A stretch of DNA of 64,000 bases from Escherichia phage kvi. The stretch is taken from the sequence record MN850615.1. The stretch is one strand, 5' to 3'. Positions 7,866-16,606 of this stretch are shown here, piece by piece. Numbering within the stretch: the first letter of the stretch is position 1; each line of letters starts with the position of its first letter. Both the position numbers and the translations under genes were made by a program. The notes beneath the pieces are model-generated. The model was not told the origin of the DNA, did no database searches, and saw nothing but the letters and a program-made list of their open reading frames with translations.

Positions 7866-10109
7866 TTACAGCTTGCAAGATGAGCACTCGCTAGAGTCTT
7901 CCGTACCATCTGCACCGTCGCGAACGTTCGCATAATACAGGGTTTTCAGACCGTAATATTGAGCAAACAACATATCATCTAAAACATCAGCAATATCGAC
8001 TTTACCCGTCTTATAAGTGCTTGGATCGTAGGATGTGTTGGAACTAATCGCCTGATCTACAAACTTCTGCATGATCGCTGCCAGTGTCAGATAAGGCTTG
8101 TTACCTTTCTTGATCAGTGTCCAAAGCAGGTCAATAACATCAGCATTATTCTCTACGTTCGGAATAACCTGATTAAATTGCCCTTCTTTCGATCCTTTAA
8201 CCGATACAATACCGCGAGGCGGTTCAATACCGTTTGTGCTGTTAGATACCTGAGAAGACGACTCACAAGGCATCAGAGCCGAAAGCGTACTGTTACGAAT
8301 GCCATATTTTTTCAGGTCTTCGCGCAGTTCTTCCCAATCCATCTCATATACCGGATCAACCAGTTCATCTACTGTCTTTTTGTACCAGTCGATAGGCAGT
8401 TCACCGCGTCCATAACGTGTTTCGTGCATCAGTTCGCAAGCACCCTTCTCTTTAGCCAGTTGCACACTAGCCTTAATCAGAGCATATTGCAAGCGTTCAA
8501 ACGTTTTATGCGTAAACTCGTTAGCGTCTTCATATGTGAAGAAATTATCCGCGAGATACGATGCAAAGTTAGTCACCCCAACACCCAGAGAGCGACGTTT
8601 TTTGGATGTCAGAGCTTGCTCTACAGGATAATCCTGGTAATCTAACAGGTTGTCAAGTGCACGCACCATAACCATAGCAATGCGTTCTACTTCTTCCATA
8701 TTTTCGATATCAAAGTTTCCTAAAACATATGCTGCCAAAGTACATAGGCTGATCTCTGAATCATCACGACCCATCGGTTTTGTAGGCAGAGCAATTTCAC
8801 AACACAGGTTGGATTGTTTAATCGGTGCTACATTACGAATAAACGCCCCGTGATTGTTCATGTTGTCTGTGAACGTTGGGTAGATTCGACCAGTGTTAAA
8901 ACGTTCAATTGCCACCGCTAAAAACAGGTCTTCGGCTTTAACACGAGTTTTACGAACACTCGGATCTTTTTCCAGTTTTTCGTAAAGCTGGCGGAAACCT
9001 TCCTCATCTCGGAAGTATAGATCCCACAACAAGCCACCTGCAACATCTGGACTAAACAGAGTAATGTAATCCCGTTTAAGGAATCGCTCTACCATCAGGT
9101 TATTAATCTGTACGCCGTAATCAAGATGACGAATGCGGTTATCTTCCACCCCCTTATTGTTCTTTAACACAATCAGACTTTCAAACTCTAAATGCCACAT
9201 TGGGTAATAGAGAGTCGCCGCCCCGCCACGAATACCGCCTTGTGAGCATGACTTAACGGCAGTCTGAAAATGTTTCCAGAATGGGATAACGCCAGTATGA
9301 CGAACTTCACCATGCCCGATCTTAGATCCTTCCGCGCGAATCATACCAGCATTGATACCGATACCAGCACGCTTGCTAATATACTTGATGATTGCATTTG
9401 CTGTTTCGTTGATGCCCTGCAATGAGTCATCACTTTCAATCACCACACACGAACTAAATTGGCGTGTTGGGGTACGCACACCAGCCATAATCGGAGTAGG
9501 CAGAGATATTTGCTTATTCGCAACAGCATTATAAAAATCAATCACATGTTCAAGTCGATTTTCTGTCTCTTCTTGATGCAAGCACATACCGATCAGCATA
9601 TACGCAAATTGCGGTGTTTCGATGATTTTCTTAGTGCTGCGATCCTGAACAAGATATTTCTCTTTTAACTGCATAGCACCAGCATAGGTCATTTTAAAAT
9701 CAAGTTTATGGTCGATGAATTTCTCCAGATATTCCACTTCTTCACGGGAATACTTTTGCAGAATTTCGCGATCATATTTTCCGGTTGCAATATTACGCTC
9801 AATATGGCTGTAAAAATCAATCGGTTGGAATTGACCGTATACTGATTTGCGAAGCGCGAACATTGCAAGGTTACTTGCTACATATTGATAATCGGGTGTT
9901 TCTACAGTAATGTTATCTGCGGCGACCTTAATCAATACTTTCTGGATATCATTGGTAGACATACCTTCTGTCAGAAGTGGTTCAACCATATCAAACAATT
10001 CATATGGATCAACGTTATGACCTTCGGCTGCCGCTTCCAGAATTTTCATTACTTTTTCTTTTTCAAACGGAACAGTCAGACCGGAAGACTTAACAACATT
10101 TTTAATCAT
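7866..10109 (-). CDS. nrdA: ribonucleotide reductase large (alpha) subunit
   Basis: 747 aa; ATP-cone N-terminus, active-site and C-terminal CSSC redox pair typical of class Ia NrdA. Confidence 0.95.
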   Translation of the reverse strand: MIKNVVKSSGLTVPFEKEKVMKILEAAAEGHNVDPYELFDMVEPLLTEGMSTNDIQKVLIKVAADNITVETPDYQYVASNLAMFALRKSVYGQFQPIDFYSHIERNIATGKYDREILQKYSREEVEYLEKFIDHKLDFKMTYAGAMQLKEKYLVQDRSTKKIIETPQFAYMLIGMCLHQEETENRLEHVIDFYNAVANKQISLPTPIMAGVRTPTRQFSSCVVIESDDSLQGINETANAIIKYISKRAGIGINAGMIRAEGSKIGHGEVRHTGVIPFWKHFQTAVKSCSQGGIRGGAATLYYPMWHLEFESLIVLKNNKGVEDNRIRHLDYGVQINNLMVERFLKRDYITLFSPDVAGGLLWDLYFRDEEGFRQLYEKLEKDPSVRKTRVKAEDLFLAVAIERFNTGRIYPTFTDNMNNHGAFIRNVAPIKQSNLCCEIALPTKPMGRDDSEISLCTLAAYVLGNFDIENMEEVERIAMVMVRALDNLLDYQDYPVEQALTSKKRRSLGVGVTNFASYLADNFFTYEDANEFTHKTFERLQYALIKASVQLAKEKGACELMHETRYGRGELPIDWYKKTVDELVDPVYEMDWEELREDLKKYGIRNSTLSALMPCESSSQVSNSTNGIEPPRGIVSVKGSKEGQFNQVIPNVENNADVIDLLWTLIKKGNKPYLTLAAIMQKFVDQAISSNTSYDPSTYKTGKVDIADVLDDMLFAQYYGLKTLYYANVRDGADGTEDSSECSSCKL

Positions 10110-10147
10110 ATTACCTCACTTCATATTTTAGCAGGAACAAGTTTATC

Positions 10148-10163
10148 CTCCATATTGGGGGCT
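10148..10163 (-). promoter_or_regulatory. GNRA-loop G5/C5 RNA hairpin upstream of nrdA
   Basis: GGGGGC-GAAA-GCCCCC on minus strand; identical copy at 21564-21579 on plus strand. Confidence 0.4.
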
Positions 10164-10177
10164 TTCGCCCCCTTTGT

Positions 10178-11398
10178 TTATACTGCCATTTGAGCGGTGA
10201 TCGCTGGATGGCTTTGATAGTTGTGAATTTTAAAGTCTTTCGGAGTCTTTGTCAATACCTCATCTAAAGATTTAAATTCCGGCAACTCAATTGTTGGTTT
10301 ATCAAACGGAACACGGCTTAACTGTTCCATAACTTGATCAAAGTGGTTTTTGTAAATGTGAGTATCTCCACCAGAGAAAATCAGTTCTCCTACCTCAAGA
10401 TCACACATTTTCGCTATGATGTGAGTTAACAGCGCATAGCTGGCAACATTAAAGGGCAAGCCCAAAAAGCTGTCTACGCTTCGCTGAAACCACATACAAG
10501 ACAGTTTACCTTCATTGACGTAGAATTGCACGAAAGGATGACATACACCTAATACAGCATTATGTGTTCCCTGTACGTTCCATGAGTCAATAATGATCCG
10601 GCGATCCGTTGGATTGTTTTTAATTTGTTCAATCACGTTTTGTAACTGGTCTTCCCAAATCTTCGGGCGATAGACATATTCTTCATCGTCTTTAGTGCTT
10701 GATGTGTCTACGTCCATACTAACAAACATCGTGGTATCCGGTGCTATAATATCCCCACCCAGATAATCACTATCAAGCAGATAACCGAAATAACCATCAT
10801 CTACCCATTCCTGGAATCCCCACAAGCAATATGCATCATTAACAAAATTAGATTGAGTCTTCCAGTGGTCTGCTACCAGAATATAATCAAACTCTTCATA
10901 ACGCATACCACGCCAGATAGCACATAAACGGTCTTCTGTGTCATTGGTTGGCGTAAAGTCTTCTACCCACGGGTGCTTAAATGTATGTGTATATTTGCTC
11001 TTAACGCGCTTAATTTTGATTTCACCATGTGGATGAATCGGTTTGCGTCGCCACGCCATACCATACATATTGCCGACATTATAACCATTGAATCGCAAGG
11101 GATTCTTTTCTTTCATATCAAGACAGTTGCCGCGCCAAATATCAAAGGCTTCCTCGTCAAACTTGCCGCGTGTAATTTCCTGTAAGCGACGGCGGTCAAG
11201 TGATCCCTCCATAAACCATAGCAATTCGCCAATTACAGAGGCTGTAGCCATCTTTTTAGTGGTCAGTAATGGGAAACCCTTGCTTAAATCAATTCGCATC
11301 TCTGCGCCGAATTTAGAGAGCGTACCTACCCCCGTGCGGTCTTCACGAGGACAGCCATTATCAAGAACATCACGCAATAGTTTCAAATATTCTTTCAT
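10178..11398 (-). CDS. td: thymidylate synthase with large internal insertion
   Basis: 406 aa; ThyA motifs DRTGVGT, LLWF, RRIIIDSWNV, catalytic CHPFVQFYV, GLPFNVASYALL, GGDTHIY; extra ~130 residues between AWRR and EDQLQ. Confidence 0.85.
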   Translation of the reverse strand: MKEYLKLLRDVLDNGCPREDRTGVGTLSKFGAEMRIDLSKGFPLLTTKKMATASVIGELLWFMEGSLDRRRLQEITRGKFDEEAFDIWRGNCLDMKEKNPLRFNGYNVGNMYGMAWRRKPIHPHGEIKIKRVKSKYTHTFKHPWVEDFTPTNDTEDRLCAIWRGMRYEEFDYILVADHWKTQSNFVNDAYCLWGFQEWVDDGYFGYLLDSDYLGGDIIAPDTTMFVSMDVDTSSTKDDEEYVYRPKIWEDQLQNVIEQIKNNPTDRRIIIDSWNVQGTHNAVLGVCHPFVQFYVNEGKLSCMWFQRSVDSFLGLPFNVASYALLTHIIAKMCDLEVGELIFSGGDTHIYKNHFDQVMEQLSRVPFDKPTIELPEFKSLDEVLTKTPKDFKIHNYQSHPAITAQMAV

Positions 11399-11639
11399 CC
11401 CACATCACCTTTTTCTTATTGATTGCTTTCTTACGCAGTTTTGCTACTGTCTCGTCAATGTCTATAAAGATAACACCACGGTCGAATATAGTAGCAGGTC
11501 TTGATATATCGCTATTTTCTTGCACAGGAAACCATGATGCGCTCGCTTCATCATAGAGATATTGTAAACCGTAATAATCTACGGCTACTGCGTAGTTTTC
11601 ACTGGTAGCTGTCCATAATTGAATAATACCGACTTTCAT
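11370..11639 (-). CDS. hypothetical protein
   Basis: start refined to ATG 11639 (TAATG overlap with zinc-ribbon sORF); 89 aa. Confidence 0.4.
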   Translation of the reverse strand: MKVGIIQLWTATSENYAVAVDYYGLQYLYDEASASWFPVQENSDISRPATIFDRGVIFIDIDETVAKLRKKAINKKKVMWDERIFETIA

Positions 11640-11731
11640 TATTGTTCCCGTCCGCAATGTAAGCACCGACTACCAGCAAACATTAAAGATTCACCACAAT
11701 GTTTGCACTCATAATCTGTCAGAATTTTCAT
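11639..11731 (-). CDS. small zinc-ribbon peptide (30 aa)
   Basis: MKILTDYECKHCGESLMFAGSRCLHCGREQ; two CxxC pairs; starts 2 nt after frd stop. Confidence 0.3.
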   Translation of the reverse strand: MKILTDYECKHCGESLMFAGSRCLHCGREQ

Positions 11732-11732
11732 G

Positions 11733-12314
11733 TTACGCCTTCTTACGTTCTAAAATTTGTTCGCTGATCAGGTAATTATCAAGGAAGTAATTATGTTCTT
11801 CTTTGGTTACAAAGTCAAAATACAATTCCTGAATCATTTCCTTAGATATACCAACATCATATTCAAATGGATCGTTGATCCCTGAACGTTTAACATACGT
11901 TAACACAATACGGTCCGCAAAGTCAACTGCTTTTTCAATCAGGGAAGGTCCACCAATAACGCTTACCAAACCTTGCAATTTCTCTATGACTTCTAATAAT
12001 TCCTTCAATCCACCATCATTAGTAATCGCGGTATACACATCAGGTTGTTCGCCGTTTTTTGCTTTCGGTGCTGGCTTACTAGTATCGGTACTAACAACCA
12101 CATTCACACGACCTTCCAGTGCTTTAGGGAGACTTTCAAAGGTATTACGTCCCATTACAACCGCCGCAAGATCAACATCTCCCATAGTGCGCATTTTAAA
12201 GTTTTCCATGTCCTTTTTAATTGGACGCCCCCAGGGTAAACCGCCTTTAAAACCAAAAGCCCAATTTTCATCTGACATTTTAGTGTCACCAATCGCAAAT
12301 ACACATTGAATCAT
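11733..12314 (-). CDS. frd: dihydrofolate reductase
   Basis: 193 aa; DHFR fold motifs (IGxxxxLPW, GR-T-ES, VIGG), adjacent to td. Confidence 0.85.
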   Translation of the reverse strand: MIQCVFAIGDTKMSDENWAFGFKGGLPWGRPIKKDMENFKMRTMGDVDLAAVVMGRNTFESLPKALEGRVNVVVSTDTSKPAPKAKNGEQPDVYTAITNDGGLKELLEVIEKLQGLVSVIGGPSLIEKAVDFADRIVLTYVKRSGINDPFEYDVGISKEMIQELYFDFVTKEEHNYFLDNYLISEQILERKKA

Positions 12315-12329
12315 AATATAAATCTCCCA

Positions 12330-12659
12330 TCAAATCAGTTTGAAATAGTTTTCGTTTACATTTTCTTCTGTGATTGCTGTCTTAAATTCTTGACCGTTAT
12401 CCGGTGTGATGAAATAACGGTCAGAATAATCACGAAAACGTTTTAAGTGAGATACCCCAACATTAACACCATGTTCCCAAAAACGAAAGGTAATCATTTT
12501 TGGTTCATATCGATAGTCGCTGGTTAACACAGTACCATCACCGCGACGGGCTTCATAAACCGTAATACATTCACGATTAGCGGCTTTAAGGCATTCTTCA
12601 ATAGTGCCGCACGAGATAATACTTACTTTTTCATCTACGATTTGTTCTACAGTCCACAT
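12330..12659 (-). CDS. hypothetical protein
   Basis: 109-aa ORF with promoter. Confidence 0.45.
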   Translation of the reverse strand: MWTVEQIVDEKVSIISCGTIEECLKAANRECITVYEARRGDGTVLTSDYRYEPKMITFRFWEHGVNVGVSHLKRFRDYSDRYFITPDNGQEFKTAITEENVNENYFKLI

Positions 12660-12690
12660 AATATAATCCTCTCTTTGTTTTGATGTTTGT

Positions 12691-12718
12691 ATTATACACT
12701 ATTGCGTTACGCTGTCAA
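12691..12718 (-). promoter_or_regulatory. sigma70-like early promoter
   Basis: TTGACA N16 TATAAT. Confidence 0.5.
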
Positions 12719-13044
12719 CCTTTTTGTTCCATGAAAAGCGGTGCTGTTTCTTCTTTCAGTTTAATAACTAGCGCGGAAACTTCATCAAGAAAATCTTTTT
12801 CCATATGAGCAAGCATTGATTTAGAATCTTTGATGACTTTCAAAGAATATTCACTTAGATTTCCTTTTCCTAACAATAATGCAGGATACACACTATGTGG
12901 GATCTCGATTTCATGATATTCGCTCATAGTATAATATTTGTGAATTTTTAAATCTATATTTCTTCGTTGTACGTCCACATCAGCAATGACATACAGAAGT
13001 TCGATTTTATCGCTTTTCTGGGAAAGGGTAGCATTCAAAAACAT
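12715..13044 (-). CDS. hypothetical protein
   Basis: 109-aa ORF. Confidence 0.45.
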   Translation of the reverse strand: MFLNATLSQKSDKIELLYVIADVDVQRRNIDLKIHKYYTMSEYHEIEIPHSVYPALLLGKGNLSEYSLKVIKDSKSMLAHMEKDFLDEVSALVIKLKEETAPLFMEQKG

Positions 13045-13073
13045 TGTTAATCCTCCTTTGTTTCGATGTGTGT

Positions 13074-13101
13074 ATTATACATTACCGCGCCAGCATGTCA
13101 A
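13074..13101 (-). promoter_or_regulatory. sigma70-like early promoter
   Basis: TTGACA N16 TATAAT. Confidence 0.5.
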
Positions 13102-13125
13102 TATATTTTTCATAAAAATTTAGGC

Positions 13126-13152
13126 AATAAAAAAGCCTCCCCGAAGGGAGGC
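13126..13152 (-). terminator. rho-independent terminator downstream of gene 32
   Basis: GCCTCCC-TTCG-GGGAGGC + TTTTTTATT on minus strand. Confidence 0.65.
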
Positions 13153-13163
13153 TGTAAAATTCA

Positions 13164-14138
13164 TTACATCGCTAACAGAGAGTCCAGGTCATCCAGATCA
13201 GAAGCGGAGGAAGTACCGCCACCCAGGTCCAGAGATGCCATCAGGTCATCAGCGGAAGAATCTAACGCCGTGCTAGCTGCGTTAATACCAACTACAGTGC
13301 TAGCTGCGGTCATACCAGAATCGAATGCATTCATCTGTGCGTCAAAATCGTCAAGCTGGCTGTTAATCGCTGCCGCAGCACTGGAAGCCGCAGCACCAGC
13401 TACCATAGAAACGCCCATAGTTTTCTTAAATTTGGTTTCCAGTTCATCGAACGGTTTAAACTGGCTAGGCGCTACAATCTCACTCAGATCAACCATGTTT
13501 TCCATCAGATATTTCTGATATGCTTCGTCTTCAATTTTCGGAAGCTGTGATTGCTGCATGAAACGAGAATCATCATAGTTCTGGTGTTTATCAACCTTCT
13601 TAGCTTTCAGGAGGAAGTTAGCACCGGAGAACACACAAGTTACATCTACCGGAACTTCGCCCATATCGGTATTCACGTTCACCATCGCAACGATCTTATC
13701 ATAAATTTTCTGACCGAAGCGGAATTTGAATACCTTACCTTCATTTTCTGGCGCTTGAGGATCTTTCAGTACCAGAATATTTGCGTAGTAAGAGGCTTTA
13801 CGCTTAATCAGTTGCCATTCGGTTTTATCGGTATTGTACAGGTCTTTTTCGTTAATATATTTGCACACAGGGCAAGAATCAAAATCACCGTGGGTGCTGG
13901 AGCAGTTTTCCCAATACCATTTACCATTAACTTTGAAGGAATGGTTTACCAGTTTCACAATCGGCAGACCGTCTTCTGTCTTAGACGGCAGGAAGCGAAT
14001 CAGGGCTTCACCGTTACCTGCTGCATCAGTCTTAATCTTCCACTCTTTCGGATCTTCTTTGGAGAAACCGTTGCCACCTTTCAGTGCGGCCAGTTGAGCT
14101 TGCAGTTTGGAGCTATCTTGACGACGAAACATGTTCAT
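13164..14138 (-). CDS. 32: single-stranded DNA-binding protein gp32
   Basis: 324 aa; gp32 zinc-binding subdomain (H..C..C..C: [10 protein letters not shown]), LAST-like basic N-term, acidic Ser/Asp-rich C-terminus. Confidence 0.9.
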   Translation of the reverse strand: MNMFRRQDSSKLQAQLAALKGGNGFSKEDPKEWKIKTDAAGNGEALIRFLPSKTEDGLPIVKLVNHSFKVNGKWYWENCSSTHGDFDSCPVCKYINEKDLYNTDKTEWQLIKRKASYYANILVLKDPQAPENEGKVFKFRFGQKIYDKIVAMVNVNTDMGEVPVDVTCVFSGANFLLKAKKVDKHQNYDDSRFMQQSQLPKIEDEAYQKYLMENMVDLSEIVAPSQFKPFDELETKFKKTMGVSMVAGAAASSAAAAINSQLDDFDAQMNAFDSGMTAASTVVGINAASTALDSSADDLMASLDLGGGTSSASDLDDLDSLLAM

Positions 14139-14184
14139 AATTATACCTCTTTATACATTAACTATTGATTAATTTACGTTTTAT

Positions 14185-14213
14185 ACTATATCAGATACTT
14201 AATTGCTTGTCAA
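14185..14213 (-). promoter_or_regulatory. sigma70-like promoter for gene 32
   Basis: TTGACA N17 TATAGT within 3' end of HNH ORF. Confidence 0.4.
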
Positions 14214-14795
14214 TACTTTATCAATTATATCTAACAGTTTTGGCTTTCTATTTTCAAATTCTAACATCTCTTCGGGAGAAATGTCAACTACTTCTGTTTT
14301 GTTGAAAAAGTTTGGGTCTATAGCATCAGCAACAAAGTTTCTCGCAAGTGCTGCCGCTTTCTCATGAACATATATTCCCAAATATATCAACTTCTTTCTT
14401 TCGACCTGAATATTGGCAACATATTTACCATCTCGTTTATAAAGACTAACACCGATATATTCAGACGATCGGCCTTTCTGTTTACCCATATTTCTTGAGT
14501 TTTGTTGCTCGTTCGCATCTCTCAAGTTTTCAATCCGATTATCTGTTATAATTCGGTTAACATGGTCAACGTATTTTGGCATGTATCCATGATGCATAAA
14601 GAAAATTATTCTATGCTCTTTATGATGTTTACCATCGATACACACCAATCTGTATCCATGACTAGGATTAACTCCACCCGCTCTAGATCCGACTTTATGC
14701 TTTCTGTTTGTCGATATCTTGCGAATCAGCTTACCGTTATCATATTTAAAGAGTTCATGACAACGAGCATACAATTCAGGATCATATGTTTTCAC
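14199..14795 (-). CDS. HNH homing endonuclease with AP2 DNA-binding domain
   Basis: HNH core (HHGYMPKYVDHVNRIITDNRIENLR) followed by AP2-like segment (SEYIGVSLYKRDGKYVANIQ...GIYVHEKAAALA); free-standing between 32 and 59. Confidence 0.8.
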   Translation of the reverse strand: MKTYDPELYARCHELFKYDNGKLIRKISTNRKHKVGSRAGGVNPSHGYRLVCIDGKHHKEHRIIFFMHHGYMPKYVDHVNRIITDNRIENLRDANEQQNSRNMGKQKGRSSEYIGVSLYKRDGKYVANIQVERKKLIYLGIYVHEKAAALARNFVADAIDPNFFNKTEVVDISPEEMLEFENRKPKLLDIIDKVLTSN

Positions 14796-15459
14796 CTTTT
14801 AACCTCGATATTTCTTTACACTCTTTAACTACTTTAACAAATAATGCTCTTGCTTTTGCGGCGTCAATAACAAGTAGTTTCTTGTACGCCTTCATTTTAA
14901 CACTATAAGTTTGCCAAATCAAGTCTTTGGCTACCTTGTCGTGTTCGTCGATTATATTTAGAAAGCTATCTAACAACATAAACGACTCAAACGATATAAT
15001 CCGATTTTGCAGTAGTTTAAAGATACCGCTAGTTTCGGTTGCGGGATTGTATGTAATTAGCTCTTTAAGAGTAACCCCGCGTTTCTCTGAGAAGTATACC
15101 AGACTTTTAATGTCATCGTCAAATCGTGTTGCCGCATCAGTGATTTTACCGATGTACTCCATGTAAAACCCGTATGCGTCAACATCGGTGATTTCACCTA
15201 CCCATGCATCGGTATTAGATACCAGATTGCTTAGGAATAGGAAGTATAATTCTCTTAGATTGTACTTTTCCGCTAATTTTGCGAAATAATACTTATCTCT
15301 GCGTTTATTGAATGCGGCATCAGATAACCGCATCCTCCAATTATATTTTACGCAATCATAACGCCCGTTCATATGAGCTTTCATCATGCAATATAACATA
15401 TACACAGATTTAGCATTAATTCGCATATCTGGTTCTGGAGGAAGACGGTTTCTGATCAT
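14782..15459 (-). CDS. 59: helicase loader gp59
   Basis: 225 aa; T4-like synteny (between 32 and 33); basic HMG-like N-domain. Confidence 0.75.
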   Translation of the reverse strand: MIRNRLPPEPDMRINAKSVYMLYCMMKAHMNGRYDCVKYNWRMRLSDAAFNKRRDKYYFAKLAEKYNLRELYFLFLSNLVSNTDAWVGEITDVDAYGFYMEYIGKITDAATRFDDDIKSLVYFSEKRGVTLKELITYNPATETSGIFKLLQNRIISFESFMLLDSFLNIIDEHDKVAKDLIWQTYSVKMKAYKKLLVIDAAKARALFVKVVKECKEISRLKGENI

Positions 15460-15468
15460 ACATACCCC

Positions 15469-15738
15469 TTAAATATCGAGAGTGTTGGTCGGTTCGTCGA
15501 TCACTCCCTTCCTGAGTGTTCTATTTACTATACATTCTTGTGTGATCTTGTCAATAATGGACACCGGAATATACTTCTGATAGTGACCATATTCGATAGA
15601 GTTTTCCTCTACAAACTGCGTTGTCGCTTCAAGATAAGTCAATCCCTCTTCAACAACCAGTTTTTCGATTGCAAGACCGTTTGCTGTTTTATTCGCGGCT
15701 TTTACCGCATGTTCATTAAGCATTGAACACCCGATCAT
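15469..15738 (-). CDS. 33: late transcription accessory protein gp33
   Basis: 89 aa acidic protein at conserved position 59-33-dsbA. Confidence 0.5.
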   Translation of the reverse strand: MIGCSMLNEHAVKAANKTANGLAIEKLVVEEGLTYLEATTQFVEENSIEYGHYQKYIPVSIIDKITQECIVNRTLRKGVIDEPTNTLDI

Positions 15739-15991
15739 AGAGTTCTACCGCTTCGTCGCGTTCTGCTTCGAAGGTTTCGCGCTGTTGCTGGTGATACAGT
15801 TTAAACAGAATGCCCCACATTTTACCATCTACGCCTAATTCTTCTTTAGCACGCTGTTTGATCTCTTTGATCTTATCGCCATATGCTTCTTGAATGGTTT
15901 TCTGATCGCTGGCTTCTTTAATCAGTTGCGCCAGGGTATTTCCGTGTACATTTTCATCGAATACTACTTTTTCTTTTTTCTGTTCAGTCAT
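15716..15991 (-). CDS. dsbA: dsDNA-binding protein DsbA
   Basis: 91-aa basic protein at T4 dsbA position. Confidence 0.45.
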   Translation of the reverse strand: MTEQKKEKVVFDENVHGNTLAQLIKEASDQKTIQEAYGDKIKEIKQRAKEELGVDGKMWGILFKLYHQQQRETFEAERDEAVELYDRVFNA

Positions 15992-15996
15992 AATAT

Positions 15997-16596
15997 TTAA
16001 CCCTCTTTCGTCATTAATTGAAAACCACGTTCAGCTTTTGAAATTTCGCTAGGACTTAAATCGTCACCAACATATTCTAGCATCATTTCTCGGATAATGT
16101 CAAGTGCTTTTTCATCACCTGATTTTAACTCGAACTCAAGTTCATAATGAGCAGTGTTTCCCAATCCTTCGCCTACTTTGCCATAATAGAAAGTGTCTTT
16201 GCACATTTCCACTATACCACAACCCATATCTAGAGTCAATGACTTGCGATATGTCATTACTTGCATTATTGCAGTGATATAGTCGGAGTTTACCCCTAGA
16301 CTATCAATAAAATGGACGAACTCATCCCAATTTGAAAATGTCATTTCCTCGCGGTTGAATAGTCCAGATTCATTATCACCCATTTTGACCATGATCTCTG
16401 ATTTTCTACAGTCAAGTCGTGCATAAATTCCTTTTTGACGTAGCGCATGATCTTCGGTATCATAATAAAATTCGTGTTTTAATATGTTATCTCGGTCTAA
16501 GAGATTGTACCCGTCATACATTGCCACCCACAAATCACAGATGGTTTCGACGCCAATTTGTGAGTGTGCATAGTATTTTAATTCAAGTTCTTTCAT
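15997..16596 (-). CDS. CYTH-domain protein (triphosphate tunnel metalloenzyme, YgiF/CyaB-like)
   Basis: 199 aa; N-terminal ExExK (ELELK), YYDTEDHAL...ARLD, C-terminal ELEFELKSGD and SKAERGF, all CYTH hallmarks. Confidence 0.65.
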   Translation of the reverse strand: MKELELKYYAHSQIGVETICDLWVAMYDGYNLLDRDNILKHEFYYDTEDHALRQKGIYARLDCRKSEIMVKMGDNESGLFNREEMTFSNWDEFVHFIDSLGVNSDYITAIMQVMTYRKSLTLDMGCGIVEMCKDTFYYGKVGEGLGNTAHYELEFELKSGDEKALDIIREMMLEYVGDDLSPSEISKAERGFQLMTKEG

Positions 16597-16606
16597 GTGT
16601 CAACCC

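Noticed and set aside
8178-8645. Plus-strand ORFs antisense to nrdA, td, frd and gp32 (for example 8178..8645, 11088..11504, 11875..12309, 13551..14168)
   Set aside because: They lie entirely within well-supported minus-strand genes, lack RBS and promoters, and have low-complexity translations; treated as shadow ORFs.
10655-11044. Insertion in td as an intein or intron
   Set aside because: Reading frame is continuous, insert lacks intein N/C-terminal signatures (no Cys/Ser start, no His-Asn end) and no group I core or endonuclease motifs.
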